IMG/VR virus record: IMGVR_UViG_3300005918_000016
Origin: a virus
Lineage: Duplodnaviria > Heunggongvirae > Uroviricota > Caudoviricetes
Direction: 5' to 3' (one strand)
DNA length: 42,261 nt
How positions within the stretch are numbered: the first letter of the stretch is position 1; the number at the start of each line of letters is the position of its first letter. Positions 1 through 7,968 of this stretch are shown here, in pieces. The position numbers were made by a program, and so were the translations under genes. The notes under the pieces are model-generated. The model was not told where the DNA came from and did not search any database. It saw nothing but the letters and a program-made list of their open reading frames with translations.

Positions 1-681
1 AGTGCTTCGTCACCGATCCTAGAAGCTCTGGGTCCGGGTGGTTGGGCTATTGATCCGTCGAGCTTGTCAACTCCTTCGGGCATTGTTTCGGTACGTCGGT
101 TGGGTGACCCACAGAATCTGGGTATTGACTTGGCGGTGCGTGGCCGTGAGGTAGCGAAGCTCCTCTACAAGGGGTTCTCTGGGAAGATGCGAGCGGCTCG
201 TTATGAGCCGGAGGATGTTCTTCAGGAAGTTTACAAGGGGATACTCATCCGCAACAAGGGCAAGTGCCCCTTCGATGCTCGGGTGGCGTCCTTTGGTCAT
301 TACGTTCACATGGTCTGTCGGTGTGTGTTATCGAATTACCACAGGCGGTCGCAACGTTATCGTAGTGTGATGCAGGCGGGGTTGCCTGGTTGGACTGAGG
401 ATGGGCTGACAACGGTAGATGCGGGGGATGACCGTGCGTTGGTGGGCGTGGTGACGGATCCGTCTGATGTATCTGAGGAGTCGTTGATGCTGGACCTGAT
501 GGATTCTTTACGTCCCCATCCTCAACGTGAGTTAGCGATACAGGCCATGCCTTTGCTGAAAAGAGGCAAGGGCATGGCCTGGGAATATGCTGGTGCTGTC
601 TTGGATGAGTCCCCGGCTACGATGTCCAAGGCATACGCTTACCTTAGGCGTGAGATTCATCATTACCGGGACGCTCACTAG
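1..681 (+). CDS. ECF/sigma-70-like RNA polymerase sigma factor (5' partial)
   Basis: Frame is open from base 1. Region-2-like segment EPEDVLQEVYKG...FD...F.HYV..VCRCVLSNYHRR; short C-terminal helical segment. Confidence 0.65.
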   Translation, partial: SASSPILEALGPGGWAIDPSSLSTPSGIVSVRRLGDPQNLGIDLAVRGREVAKLLYKGFSGKMRAARYEPEDVLQEVYKGILIRNKGKCPFDARVASFGHYVHMVCRCVLSNYHRRSQRYRSVMQAGLPGWTEDGLTTVDAGDDRALVGVVTDPSDVSEESLMLDLMDSLRPHPQRELAIQAMPLLKRGKGMAWEYAGAVLDESPATMSKAYAYLRREIHHYRDAH

Positions 682-771
682 AGCACTGGAAAAGTCCAGT
701 ACTTTCGTTGTAATCTGCACAAAAAGATCTGGGCAAAGAGTACTGGAAAGTACTTGACTGTGGGGTGCTGA

Positions 772-786
772 CCTAGATTCTGTGGG
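772..786 (+). repeat. Dispersed (C/T)AGATTCTGTGG(G) motif, representative copy
   Basis: Copies at 108-121(-), 772-786, 978-992(-), 1653-1665, 1760-1773, 2014-2027(-), 2594-2606, 6244-6255, 11032-11044, 11050-11063. Confidence 0.9.
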
Positions 787-800
787 TTATCCCGGTGGGG

Positions 801-826
801 GATCATCTCAGCGACCCACAGAGTAG
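801..826 (+). promoter_or_regulatory. GATCAT-N14-GAGTAG box
   Basis: GATCAT 801-806, GAGTAG 821-826. Confidence 0.6.
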
Positions 827-977
827 TCTAGGTGAAGGCAAACGATTCGTCGGTGTCTGGGTCTGCTCCGTAAAGAAATAGAACGTCACGGCCCACGGGT
901 ATGGCCCACTTTCGGCTTGGCAGAGCTTCCGTCTCCCAGGTAAACTGAGAGCAACGTTATGGGTGTGTCCCTGTAGA

Positions 978-1040
978 CCCACAGAATCTAGGTGTGACGT
1001 CCTTTGGGGGCTGTGTTGGGGTAGACTGGTGGGGGCATGG
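978..1040 (+). repeat. ~63-bp direct repeat, copy 1 (copy 2 at 2014-2075)
   Basis: cccacagaatctagg.tgacg.cctttgggggctgt.tt.gggtagactggtggg.gcatgg in both copies. Confidence 0.9.
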
Positions 1041-1190
1041 GATTTTGGCGTCGTTAGTGGGTGACCCCTGCTTTTCGGGGGCACACAAAATGACATGTCG
1101 GAGCATGGTGGGAGCCTTTTTTTTGCGGTGGCTCATGTGGGGGCGTTTCTGAGTAGTTACTGTGTGTGATTTTGCTGTGGGGGTTTGTCT

Positions 1191-1526
1191 ATGGGGATTG
1201 CGTCACCTGATGATTACATCTCGACTTTAGAGGCGGCAACGCTTTATGGGACTGACCGTGCGGCTATGCGTCGTGAGGCAATTCGTCGGGGCTGGGACTC
1301 CGTTCGTTTCTTTAGCAACATGCTGGCTTATGACTTGGATGACTTTCTGGATTGGCATATGGGGCTTCAGAAGCCGGATCGTCGTCCTTGTTTGGGTTGT
1401 GGCAAACCTTCCATGGTTGACCGTTACTATTGTGACCGCTGTGCTCAGCTTCGTAAGGGGTGTGGTGTGATTTGCAAGGAGGCTGCTGGCGTGGCGGGAC
1501 TTCCTTTTTCGAGTGGTGACTGGTAG
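1191..1526 (+). CDS. Hypothetical protein, HTH-like N-terminus + CxxC/CxxC zinc finger
   Basis: ISTLEAATLYG..R..M start; CLGC...YCDRC. Confidence 0.55.
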   Translation: MGIASPDDYISTLEAATLYGTDRAAMRREAIRRGWDSVRFFSNMLAYDLDDFLDWHMGLQKPDRRPCLGCGKPSMVDRYYCDRCAQLRKGCGVICKEAAGVAGLPFSSGDW

Positions 1527-2013
1527 ATGCTTTGTCCAGTACTTTCGGACATTCTGTGGGAGGCTTCTTTGGGGAAAGCAAGCAAAACAGTCGCTGGTGT
1601 GATCAGGAAAAGATCTGGGATTGTCTTGACAGGAGTACTGAGGCTGTGTGGTCTAGATTCTGTGGTTGGCCTTCTGTGGGAGTCCAGTACTTTCGCTGTG
1701 TGGGGTGCAGAAATAAACCGTACTGACAAAGTACTATAGTACTTGACTGGGGCAATACTCTAGATTCTGTGGGTCGTCCCTTCGGGGTGGTACAAAAGGC
1801 TCCCTACATGGGTCGCCAACTCATTTACGGTTAGTAACGACGTAGAGTTGGGTTTTCGTTTTACGGGAGGGTCTCAGGAGACTAATGGTGAGCCTTTTCC
1901 TGTCGTGCTGAGATCGTCACACCCATATGCTACCGCCTCACAGACGCCTGCAGGTTTTCATTTCTCATATAACATCTTTGGGGATGGATCACAAAAGGAA
2001 AAGGTTCTTTGGC

Positions 2014-2075
2014 CCCACAGAATCTAGGGTGACGCCCTTTGGGGGCTGTCTTAGGGTAGACTGGTGGGAGCATGG
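2014..2075 (+). repeat. ~63-bp direct repeat, copy 2
   Basis: Matches 978-1040; ends next to the GGAGG RBS of the 2086 ORF. Confidence 0.9.
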
Positions 2076-2085
2076 AGGGAATGAG

Positions 2086-2292
2086 ATGAAGATTCCAGTG
2101 ATGACACCGCTGACGGTAGTGAAGGGTAACGACGGGAAGAGCGTAAGCCAGTTTTACTGTTACGAGAGGATTGGTGGTGCGGTCTTTAAGCTCCCTGAGG
2201 GTCTGACTCCAGACCTTGAGGTTCCTTGGACGTCGGAGGAGAAGGCTGGGCTGCCTTGCTTCCTAAAGGGGGACAGGTCAAACATCACCTGA
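2086..2292 (+). CDS. Hypothetical protein
   Basis: GGAGG RBS upstream of ATG 2086; open frame. Confidence 0.45.
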   Translation: MKIPVMTPLTVVKGNDGKSVSQFYCYERIGGAVFKLPEGLTPDLEVPWTSEEKAGLPCFLKGDRSNIT

Positions 2293-2531
2293 TCAGCTAC
2301 AGTGACCTTGAGGTGGGGATGCCTGTGCTGGTGCCTACACTGTGGGGGTACACCCTTGGGGTGGTCACGGAACTGACTGAGGATGGTGGTTACGCTCGGG
2401 ACTATGGCCACACTGAGGAGAAGCCGGGCAATCAGTACCTTCTAAGTTTTGCTCGGGATGGGTGGGACTGCTGGTCGTGTGGTTGTGCTATGAACCTGAG
2501 GGCTCTCAAGCGTCTGGGGGTAACCCGGTAG
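2226..2531 (+). CDS. Hypothetical protein (start uncertain)
   Basis: Protein-like segment DLEVGMPVLVPTLWGYTLGVV; no clear ATG. Confidence 0.4.
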   Translation: MDVGGEGWAALLPKGGQVKHHLISYSDLEVGMPVLVPTLWGYTLGVVTELTEDGGYARDYGHTEEKPGNQYLLSFARDGWDCWSCGCAMNLRALKRLGVTR

Positions 2532-2539
2532 CCTGTGGG

Positions 2540-2564
2540 GACCATCTGCTGACCCACAGAGTAG
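2540..2564 (+). promoter_or_regulatory. GACCAT-N13-GAGTAG box (variant)
   Basis: GACCAT 2540-2545, GAGTAG 2559-2564. Confidence 0.5.
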
Positions 2565-2930
2565 CTGAAGTGGGGAGAGTGGGGTGTCTTCCTCTAGATT
2601 CTGTGGCCTCCCTTTTGGGGCCTGTTCTTTTACTCTCCCTACAGGGTGTCCCAACTCATTCTGAGGTAGTGTTTATGCGGGTCTCCGAAAACGGGTGTGA
2701 AGCGGACGTTGGGCGTTTCATCTTGGTGAAAACGTCTGAGACGAGAGGGTGGGTGGTCACACTGTCCTACTTTGCGACACCTCTGTCGTGTTGTGGGGCG
2801 GGCTGCCCGAGCAATTGTCACTTAGAATCTCAGATGACCTGACGACTCATCCAACTGTGGCAGCCTGGTGGGTGTTACGTTGGCGTGGGTGGCGGTCTTA
2901 CGTTGTCGTAAGCTAAGAGGGGGCTGCCAG

Positions 2931-2956
2931 GATCATCTCACCGACCTGCGGAGTAG
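2931..2956 (+). promoter_or_regulatory. GATCAT-N14-GAGTAG box
   Basis: GATCAT 2931-2936, GAGTAG 2951-2956; about 30 nt before mini-element 1. Confidence 0.55.
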
Positions 2957-2985
2957 ACCTTGTGTAACGACCGCGACTAGGGGGG

Positions 2986-3334
2986 TACTTGACAGTGCCC
3001 TTCATACTTACTAAAGTCTAATTATTCCTGCTTGAAACAGGAAGCTGTTGTGGCAGGAAGGCTTACGCTGATTGGGTAGGAGGTTCTGGTGTGCCCAGAT
3101 GTTCTGGAGACGAACACATTGGTATTAACGATCATCCAAGAGGTGTAAAACGAGTGCTGGGAGAGCGATTCCGTCGAAGACGGACCAGTTCCTTGGGATT
3201 CGGGCGGAAGGAGCATCCGTCATCCGAGCCCTTACCGTTGGGCCGGAGGCTTACTACCGAGGCACTTGGGTCACCAAGGATCGGCACAGCCTCAAACTTG
3301 ATGCCTGTAGGTTTTAGCAGGTTTTGAGGAACGG
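2986..3334 (+). mobile_element. Non-autonomous IS607-derived mini-element 1 (promoter + tnpB 3' end/omegaRNA region + right end)
   Basis: 3046-3303 aligns without gaps to tnpB 19809-19552 (hand count about 47 mismatches in 258 nt). Ends TTTTGAGGAACGG like the full element's TTTTAAGGAACGG. Left flank ends in a G run. Confidence 0.85.
2989..3017 (+). promoter_or_regulatory. Sigma70-type promoter TTGACA-17-TAAAGT
   Basis: TTGACA 2989-2994, TAAAGT 3012-3017; both hexamers identical in the copy at 26679-26651. Confidence 0.75.
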
Positions 3335-3354
3335 TGTCCTGTTTCCCATTGTGA
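3024..3354 (+). ncRNA. Putative stand-alone TnpB omegaRNA/reRNA (scaffold to 3334, about 20-nt guide from the flank)
   Basis: 5' hairpin TTCCTG-N7-CAGGAA near the predicted start; compensatory pairs versus the tnpB copy in stems 3204-3220 and 3265-3278. Confidence 0.6.
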
Positions 3355-3601
3355 AGCCGTGCGGGGGGTAACGCAGCAAGCGTTGTTGTGGATGGACTGG
3401 CGCTGCGTGGCTGACTGATTCAAGGCGCAACCCTGAGTAGGTCTACGCAGTTGATGGTTCGGAAAGCAGAGACGTTAGCGGTTTCAGAAGGAGCGCAGTC
3501 TGGTGGCGTCTCCAACTTTAGTCTGTAGGAACGACGCCTAAAAACCAGCCCTACAGAGTGTCAAACTTCACTTATGAGTCTCAGACTACCAACCTTCGTG
3601 G

Positions 3602-3627
3602 GATCATCTCAGTACTCTACAGAGTAG
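3602..3627 (+). promoter_or_regulatory. GATCAT-N14-GAGTAG box
   Basis: GATCAT 3602-3607, GAGTAG 3622-3627; leads to the RBS and ATG at 3670. Confidence 0.65.
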
Positions 3628-3669
3628 TTAAAGTGAGGGGGGCAAATGACCCCCTGACAAGGAGACACC

Positions 3670-4086
3670 ATGGCGGTCAACAATGGAAACCCCTACCCTA
3701 CTTCAAGGCCCTTCCCCGCCAAGTTCCCAGGGACCTGTGATTGGTCCGGGACAAAGTATCGGAAGGGCGAGATCACACGGCGCATCATCGACCGCTACGA
3801 CGCCGACACCGACAGAGAAATCAACCCCCGCTATGTGCGGGAATGCTTCGTGAACATGGCATGTGACCCCACCTGGCGGCGACTGGATGAGAACTTCACC
3901 ATCGAGGGGATCCTAAAAGACCTGGTCCGGTTCATCCTCGTGGACAAGAACGGCAAGGTCAAGGGGCCGTACACCTACCGGGGCGAGCGGTTCGAAGTGC
4001 CTGGCTACACAGTACAGACCAGGAGCTGCGGACAGATGAAGCAGACGTTCACCGCTGCGGTGGCAGTGCAGGTACTGGAGGGCTGA
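3670..4086 (+). CDS. Hypothetical protein
   Basis: GGAG RBS; 138-aa ORF. Confidence 0.7.
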   Translation: MAVNNGNPYPTSRPFPAKFPGTCDWSGTKYRKGEITRRIIDRYDADTDREINPRYVRECFVNMACDPTWRRLDENFTIEGILKDLVRFILVDKNGKVKGPYTYRGERFEVPGYTVQTRSCGQMKQTFTAAVAVQVLEG

Positions 4087-4089
4087 GCG

Positions 4090-4269
4090 ATGAAAGCTGG
4101 GCACGATTGGAACTGGGTGGACCAGGAGGTTCGATATGCCTTCGGTGACCGGGACCGCCCCTACAGCATGGACGTCTGGGTATGCAAACGATGTGGGAAG
4201 GAAGTGAAAACCAGAGGATCGGGCAAAGGACCGAAGCCTGGAAAGTGCCCCGCTGCAAAGGGGGGCTGA
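4090..4269 (+). CDS. Small CxxC protein (59 aa)
   Basis: MKAGHDW...WVCKRCGKEVK...KCP; sits between neighbouring genes; below the ORF-track cutoff. Confidence 0.6.
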   Translation: MKAGHDWNWVDQEVRYAFGDRDRPYSMDVWVCKRCGKEVKTRGSGKGPKPGKCPAAKGG

Positions 4270-4308
4270 AGATGCACTGGAACATTCACGCATTGGGGCG
4301 GGGGGACA

Positions 4309-4707
4309 ATGGATACGAAAGCTAAGACAGAGCTTGTGGCGATGACCCAGGCACTTACTGAAAGGCTGCTCCATCGGGACGCTGGGGACAGCAGACCCAC
4401 TATCGAATTCACCAAGGCACAGTTTGACGAGTTGTCGAGCCGGTGTGAGGCGGTCATTGTTTGTGGTGGCAAACCTCATCGTCGGTTTGCTGGTCACATT
4501 GACGACCTCATCTGGGAAGCCCGTGCCCGCAAGGACCGGCGGCTCAAACTGTCACCTGAGGAAGCGGCGTGGGCGGCAGCAGAGATGGACGACGCAGCGC
4601 TGGTCTCCAAGCGTCTTTTTAACAATGGTGGAACCAGGAAGGAACTGACCCAGAGTCGTTCCTACAGGAAGGCAGCGATGATGCTGCAGGCTGTGGGGCC
4701 AGAGTAG
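4309..4707 (+). CDS. Hypothetical protein
   Basis: 132-aa ORF in the co-oriented run. Confidence 0.65.
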   Translation: MDTKAKTELVAMTQALTERLLHRDAGDSRPTIEFTKAQFDELSSRCEAVIVCGGKPHRRFAGHIDDLIWEARARKDRRLKLSPEEAAWAAAEMDDAALVSKRLFNNGGTRKELTQSRSYRKAAMMLQAVGPE

Positions 4708-4745
4708 ATTATGTGATGGTGGGACTGTCCCCAAGGGAGATTGTG

Positions 4746-5138
4746 ATGCCTATCTGGAGTCAACGACTGACCGTGGATAACATTGAGGAGGTGGGGGAAC
4801 GTCTCAGGGGCCTCTTGGAGGACAAGATTTACGTCTTTGTCTCCACCTCGGAACGTAATGGGTTTGTTCCTGACGTCTTTGCAGGGCAACGGTTGGCCAG
4901 AGGGACGGCCATTACTGTCTCGATCATCAGGAAGGACTTCGGGATCCTCACCGTGAATGACGGGGACATCTGGCAGGTTTCGACGGGCAAAAATTTACCC
5001 AAGGAAAGACCCTTTGAGACACCCCAGGTGACCTTCTATAACGATAAGGTCCGGATCAGTCACAGATCCAGAGACGGGAGTGTTCTCCACTGGGTCATCA
5101 TTGTGACTGGAAACATCCCCGAGGAAGCTCTGAGTTAA
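4746..5138 (+). CDS. Hypothetical protein, paralog of 27124-27534
   Basis: W.QRLTV.N.EEVGERLRGLLEDK.YVFV and ETP.VTF..D.V.IS...G.V.HWV.VVTG.IP shared. Confidence 0.75.
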   Translation: MPIWSQRLTVDNIEEVGERLRGLLEDKIYVFVSTSERNGFVPDVFAGQRLARGTAITVSIIRKDFGILTVNDGDIWQVSTGKNLPKERPFETPQVTFYNDKVRISHRSRDGSVLHWVIIVTGNIPEEALS

Positions 5139-5291
5139 AGCACAAGCACCCTCGTAGCGAAGGGACTAGGGAATAGGGTAGGGGAGGCCCACGCTGGCCG
5201 TCTAAGGGCTTTTTAACCGTGGGTTGGGGGGAGTCTGTGGGCACCCCGTTGGGGTAGAGTGCATAGGGACTCTTTCACAGGAGGTGTTCTG

Positions 5292-5960
5292 ATGTACGGT
5301 TACCATTTCGTTCGTGAGGATTTGAAGCTGGGTTATGAGGACGGTCGGGATGTCATCGTTGGTGAAAAACTGACTGTCGATTGTGAACCTATTCTTTGTG
5401 AGCAGGGTCTTCATGCCAGTAAGAGTATCCTTGATGCTTTGCAGTACGCTCCTGGTCCGATGCTTTGCCGGGTCCGCCTTTTCGGGCAGATCCTGCATAG
5501 TGATGACAAGTCGGTTGCAACCGAGCGTCGGGTCCTTTGGATGTTTGATGCCACCGCACTCCTGCGGTACTTCAGCCGTTGGTGTGCGGCTCAAGTAGTG
5601 CATCTGTGGGACGCTCCTGAGGTCGTATTGGAGTTCCTCAAGACGGGAAATGAGGAATTGAGGGAAGAGGCATACAAGAGTGCCAGGGCCAGTGCAAGGG
5701 CCAGTGCAAGGGCCTGGGCCTGGGCCAGTGCCAGTGCCAGTGCCAGTGCAAGGGCCAGTGCCTATGCCAGTGCATGGGCCAGTGCAAGGGCCAGTGCCAT
5801 GGCCAGTGCCTATGCCAGTGCAAGGGCCAGTGCAAGGGCCGATGCAGAGGCCGATGCAAGGGCCGATGCAGAGGCCGATGCAGAGGCCGAATTTCTGCGC
5901 CTGATCCCTTTTGCCCGTGCGGGAAAGTTGCCTACGGAAATTGTCATCCCAAAGAAATAG
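5292..5960 (+). CDS. Phage protein with CxxGLHA motif and Ala-X low-complexity tail
   Basis: GGAGG RBS; LCEQGLHAS; (AS/AR/AW/AY/AD/AE)n tail. Confidence 0.75.
   Translation: MYGYHFVREDLKLGYEDGRDVIVGEKLTVDCEPILCEQGLHASKSILDALQYAPGPMLCRVRLFGQILHSDDKSVATERRVLWMFDATALLRYFSRWCAAQVVHLWDAPEVVLEFLKTGNEELREEAYKSARASARASARAWAWASASASASARASAYASAWASARASAMASAYASARASARADAEADARADAEADAEAEFLRLIPFARAGKLPTEIVIPKK
5682..5891 (+). repeat. Intragenic tandem repeat (6/12-nt period, core GCCAGTGCAAGG)
   Basis: About 35 Ala-X dicodons, with GC(C/A) at every second codon. Confidence 0.9.
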
Positions 5961-5963
5961 ACC
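5937..5963 (+). repeat. 27-bp exact repeat at a gene 3' end (other copy 10408-10434)
   Basis: gaaattgtcatcccaaagaaatagacc = EIVIPKK-stop in both genes. Confidence 0.9.
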
Positions 5964-6312
5964 AGTACTGACCTGGTGACGAGAGTCCTCTCTGTCACAT
6001 GACTGTCTCAAATGTTCTCGTGCAACTGAGTCTCACAGTGACCGACAACTTCGGAGGCAGTCCTACGTCTGGTCCCAAAGTTGTCGAGCGCCCACAAGTA
6101 CTTTCGTTTTCCCACCGGAGAGAAGAGATCAGGGTAACGGCCTCGGGGCATAGGGTAGGGGAACAACTACCCTTGGAGAGGGAACGGCCCACAGGAGGGC
6201 ACTGTGGGCCTCGGGTGGCATAATGGACGCCAGGTGTCGGACCCAGATTCTGTGGACCACCCGTGAGCGGGGCCTCTTTCACTGAGAGATACAGTTCTCT
6301 CTTACAGGACCG

Positions 6313-7464
6313 TTAGGCATACAGGTGGGTGATAAGAACATTGAGGATCATTCCGATGTTTGACCAGTCCACGTCTTCCTGCTGGAGGATTTCCCGGATA
6401 GTGTATACCTCCACGAAGGTCCTTTCCGTGTCCTCCTCTATTCCATGGACCTTCCCGGCTTCAGCCTTCAGGAGTTCCATCTCCTTCAATGACAGGCGGA
6501 CGGCAAACGTATGCGCTTTGTGGGCAGAGAGAGTTCCGGCGATTTGTCGGTTGCCGATGTTCACGAACTCTCCGGTCAGCGTCACGTCCGTTTCCTCGAA
6601 GAATTCTTCTCTGGCAATCTTCTGAGGGTCCATCGCTGTCTTGGGGGAACCCCCAGGAACTTCTCGGATGAAACCGTCCACGGTGGCAGCGGGGGAACGG
6701 AATTCCCGCACGATCACCACTTCGGTTTCCATTAGGTCATCGCTGTGAGGAAGATATCCCACCACGGTGGAAATGTCGGGCCTGGAAAGGACCACCTCGT
6801 TGGTCTTGTGCCGGTCCTCAGACTTGATGTACATATTGACGTGGAGAACCCAAAAGAAGGGCTTTTTACCGGGCCGAAAGGTCCACTCCACTGTAGATCC
6901 CTCTAGTCGGTTCCCTGCTTTCCGTTGAGCCCTGTACCAGTTCTGGAATGATGCCAAATTCCAAATGTAGAGAGGCACAGAGCACTCCCCTCCTACACGA
7001 AGAGCACCATCCCCCAGGATCCCCAGAGCTGTCCTCAAGGTTTCCTCAAGGGTCTCATTTATGGGGACATTTTCCTGCTGTGCCTGGTAGTCCAGGGCTC
7101 CCATTCTTGGAGCACTAGGTGGATGCCCATAGACAATTTTGCCGGAAGCGCACCACGTTCCGAACTCTAGGTTCGTTGTAAATGCCGGGAGGGTCTTCAG
7201 ATCTCGGGGGATCCAAAACATGATGACGTCGGCCATGTTCAGACACTTGGTTTTCCAGTCCAGTTGGTCAGAATAGGAGTGGGTGAAGACGCCGTCTTCA
7301 GGCAGAGGGATGAAAACTGTTCCATTGTATCCGAAATTTTCCAGTAACGTAAGAGCTTCAATACGCCAGTTGGGATGAGTCTTCTCCCGAGGAGATGGAC
7401 CAGCTAGGAAAAGGGACTTGGACATCGTCTGTGGGACTTCCTCTGGAGCATAGATGATTTGCAT
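6313..7464 (-). CDS. Nucleoside 2-deoxyribosyltransferase-like domain fused to NUDIX hydrolase
   Basis: SLFLAGP...NWR...ADVIMFWIPR...TTNLEFG; NUDIX-like box PGG-x7-IAREEFFEET. Confidence 0.75.
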   Translation of the reverse strand: MQIIYAPEEVPQTMSKSLFLAGPSPREKTHPNWRIEALTLLENFGYNGTVFIPLPEDGVFTHSYSDQLDWKTKCLNMADVIMFWIPRDLKTLPAFTTNLEFGTWCASGKIVYGHPPSAPRMGALDYQAQQENVPINETLEETLRTALGILGDGALRVGGECSVPLYIWNLASFQNWYRAQRKAGNRLEGSTVEWTFRPGKKPFFWVLHVNMYIKSEDRHKTNEVVLSRPDISTVVGYLPHSDDLMETEVVIVREFRSPAATVDGFIREVPGGSPKTAMDPQKIAREEFFEETDVTLTGEFVNIGNRQIAGTLSAHKAHTFAVRLSLKEMELLKAEAGKVHGIEEDTERTFVEVYTIREILQQEDVDWSNIGMILNVLITHLYA

Positions 7465-7770
7465 TCGAACCTCCTTGTCCTGTTTACTACTCCGAAGGAA
7501 GGTCTGTCGTAATGTGAAGCAGCGCTGTCACAGGTTGGTGTGGCCAGGCGACTCCTGAGTCCAAAGAGACGTGCTTGGATGAGCGGCCCGTAAAAAGGGG
7601 TACACCTAGTGTACCCCCCCTGGCGACCTGGCCAACAGATGCGAGACAGATGCCATACCCCCACTGTCGCAAAGTGGGACACCACTGTCCTATGGTGACA
7701 CAGGCTGGCGGCCCAGTGTGACACCCAGACAGTTGGATGAGCAGTCTGGTCATCCAACTGCCCTCAATCG

Positions 7771-7788
7771 CGGGAAAACGTTTTCCCG
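7771..7788. repeat. Perfect 18-bp palindrome
   Basis: CGGGAAAACGTTTTCCCG. Confidence 0.9.
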
Positions 7789-7968
7789 AGGCTCCCCTCT
7801 TCGTGTCGTAGCACCGGATTACGCCCGAAATCGACCCCCCCTGGGATGGTGGCCCTGATGATGTCTCTCATCAGGGCCGATTTCAGACCCAGCGCTCATC
7901 TGTCTACTTTTGGGCGTCTCCGCAGCCTGGCGGTAGAGTAGAGGAACCATTGACCCATGGAGGACAGC

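Noticed and set aside
754-779. Sigma70 promoters TTGACT...TAGATT at 754 and 1743
   Set aside because: Spacers are 14 and 12 nt, too short for sigma70.
100-2610. CRISPR array made of the TAGATTCTGTGG repeats
   Set aside because: Repeats are only 12-15 bp, occur in both orientations, are irregularly spaced, and no cas genes are present.
6013-6026. 14-bp match TGTTCTCGTGCAAC with about 34803-34816
   Set aside because: A few 14-mer matches are expected by chance in 42 kb; no flanking similarity.
7476-7485. Self-target of the mini-element 1 guide (TGTCCTGTTT)
   Set aside because: Only 10 nt match and the upstream sequence is CCTCCT, not the inferred AGGG TAM; compatible with chance.
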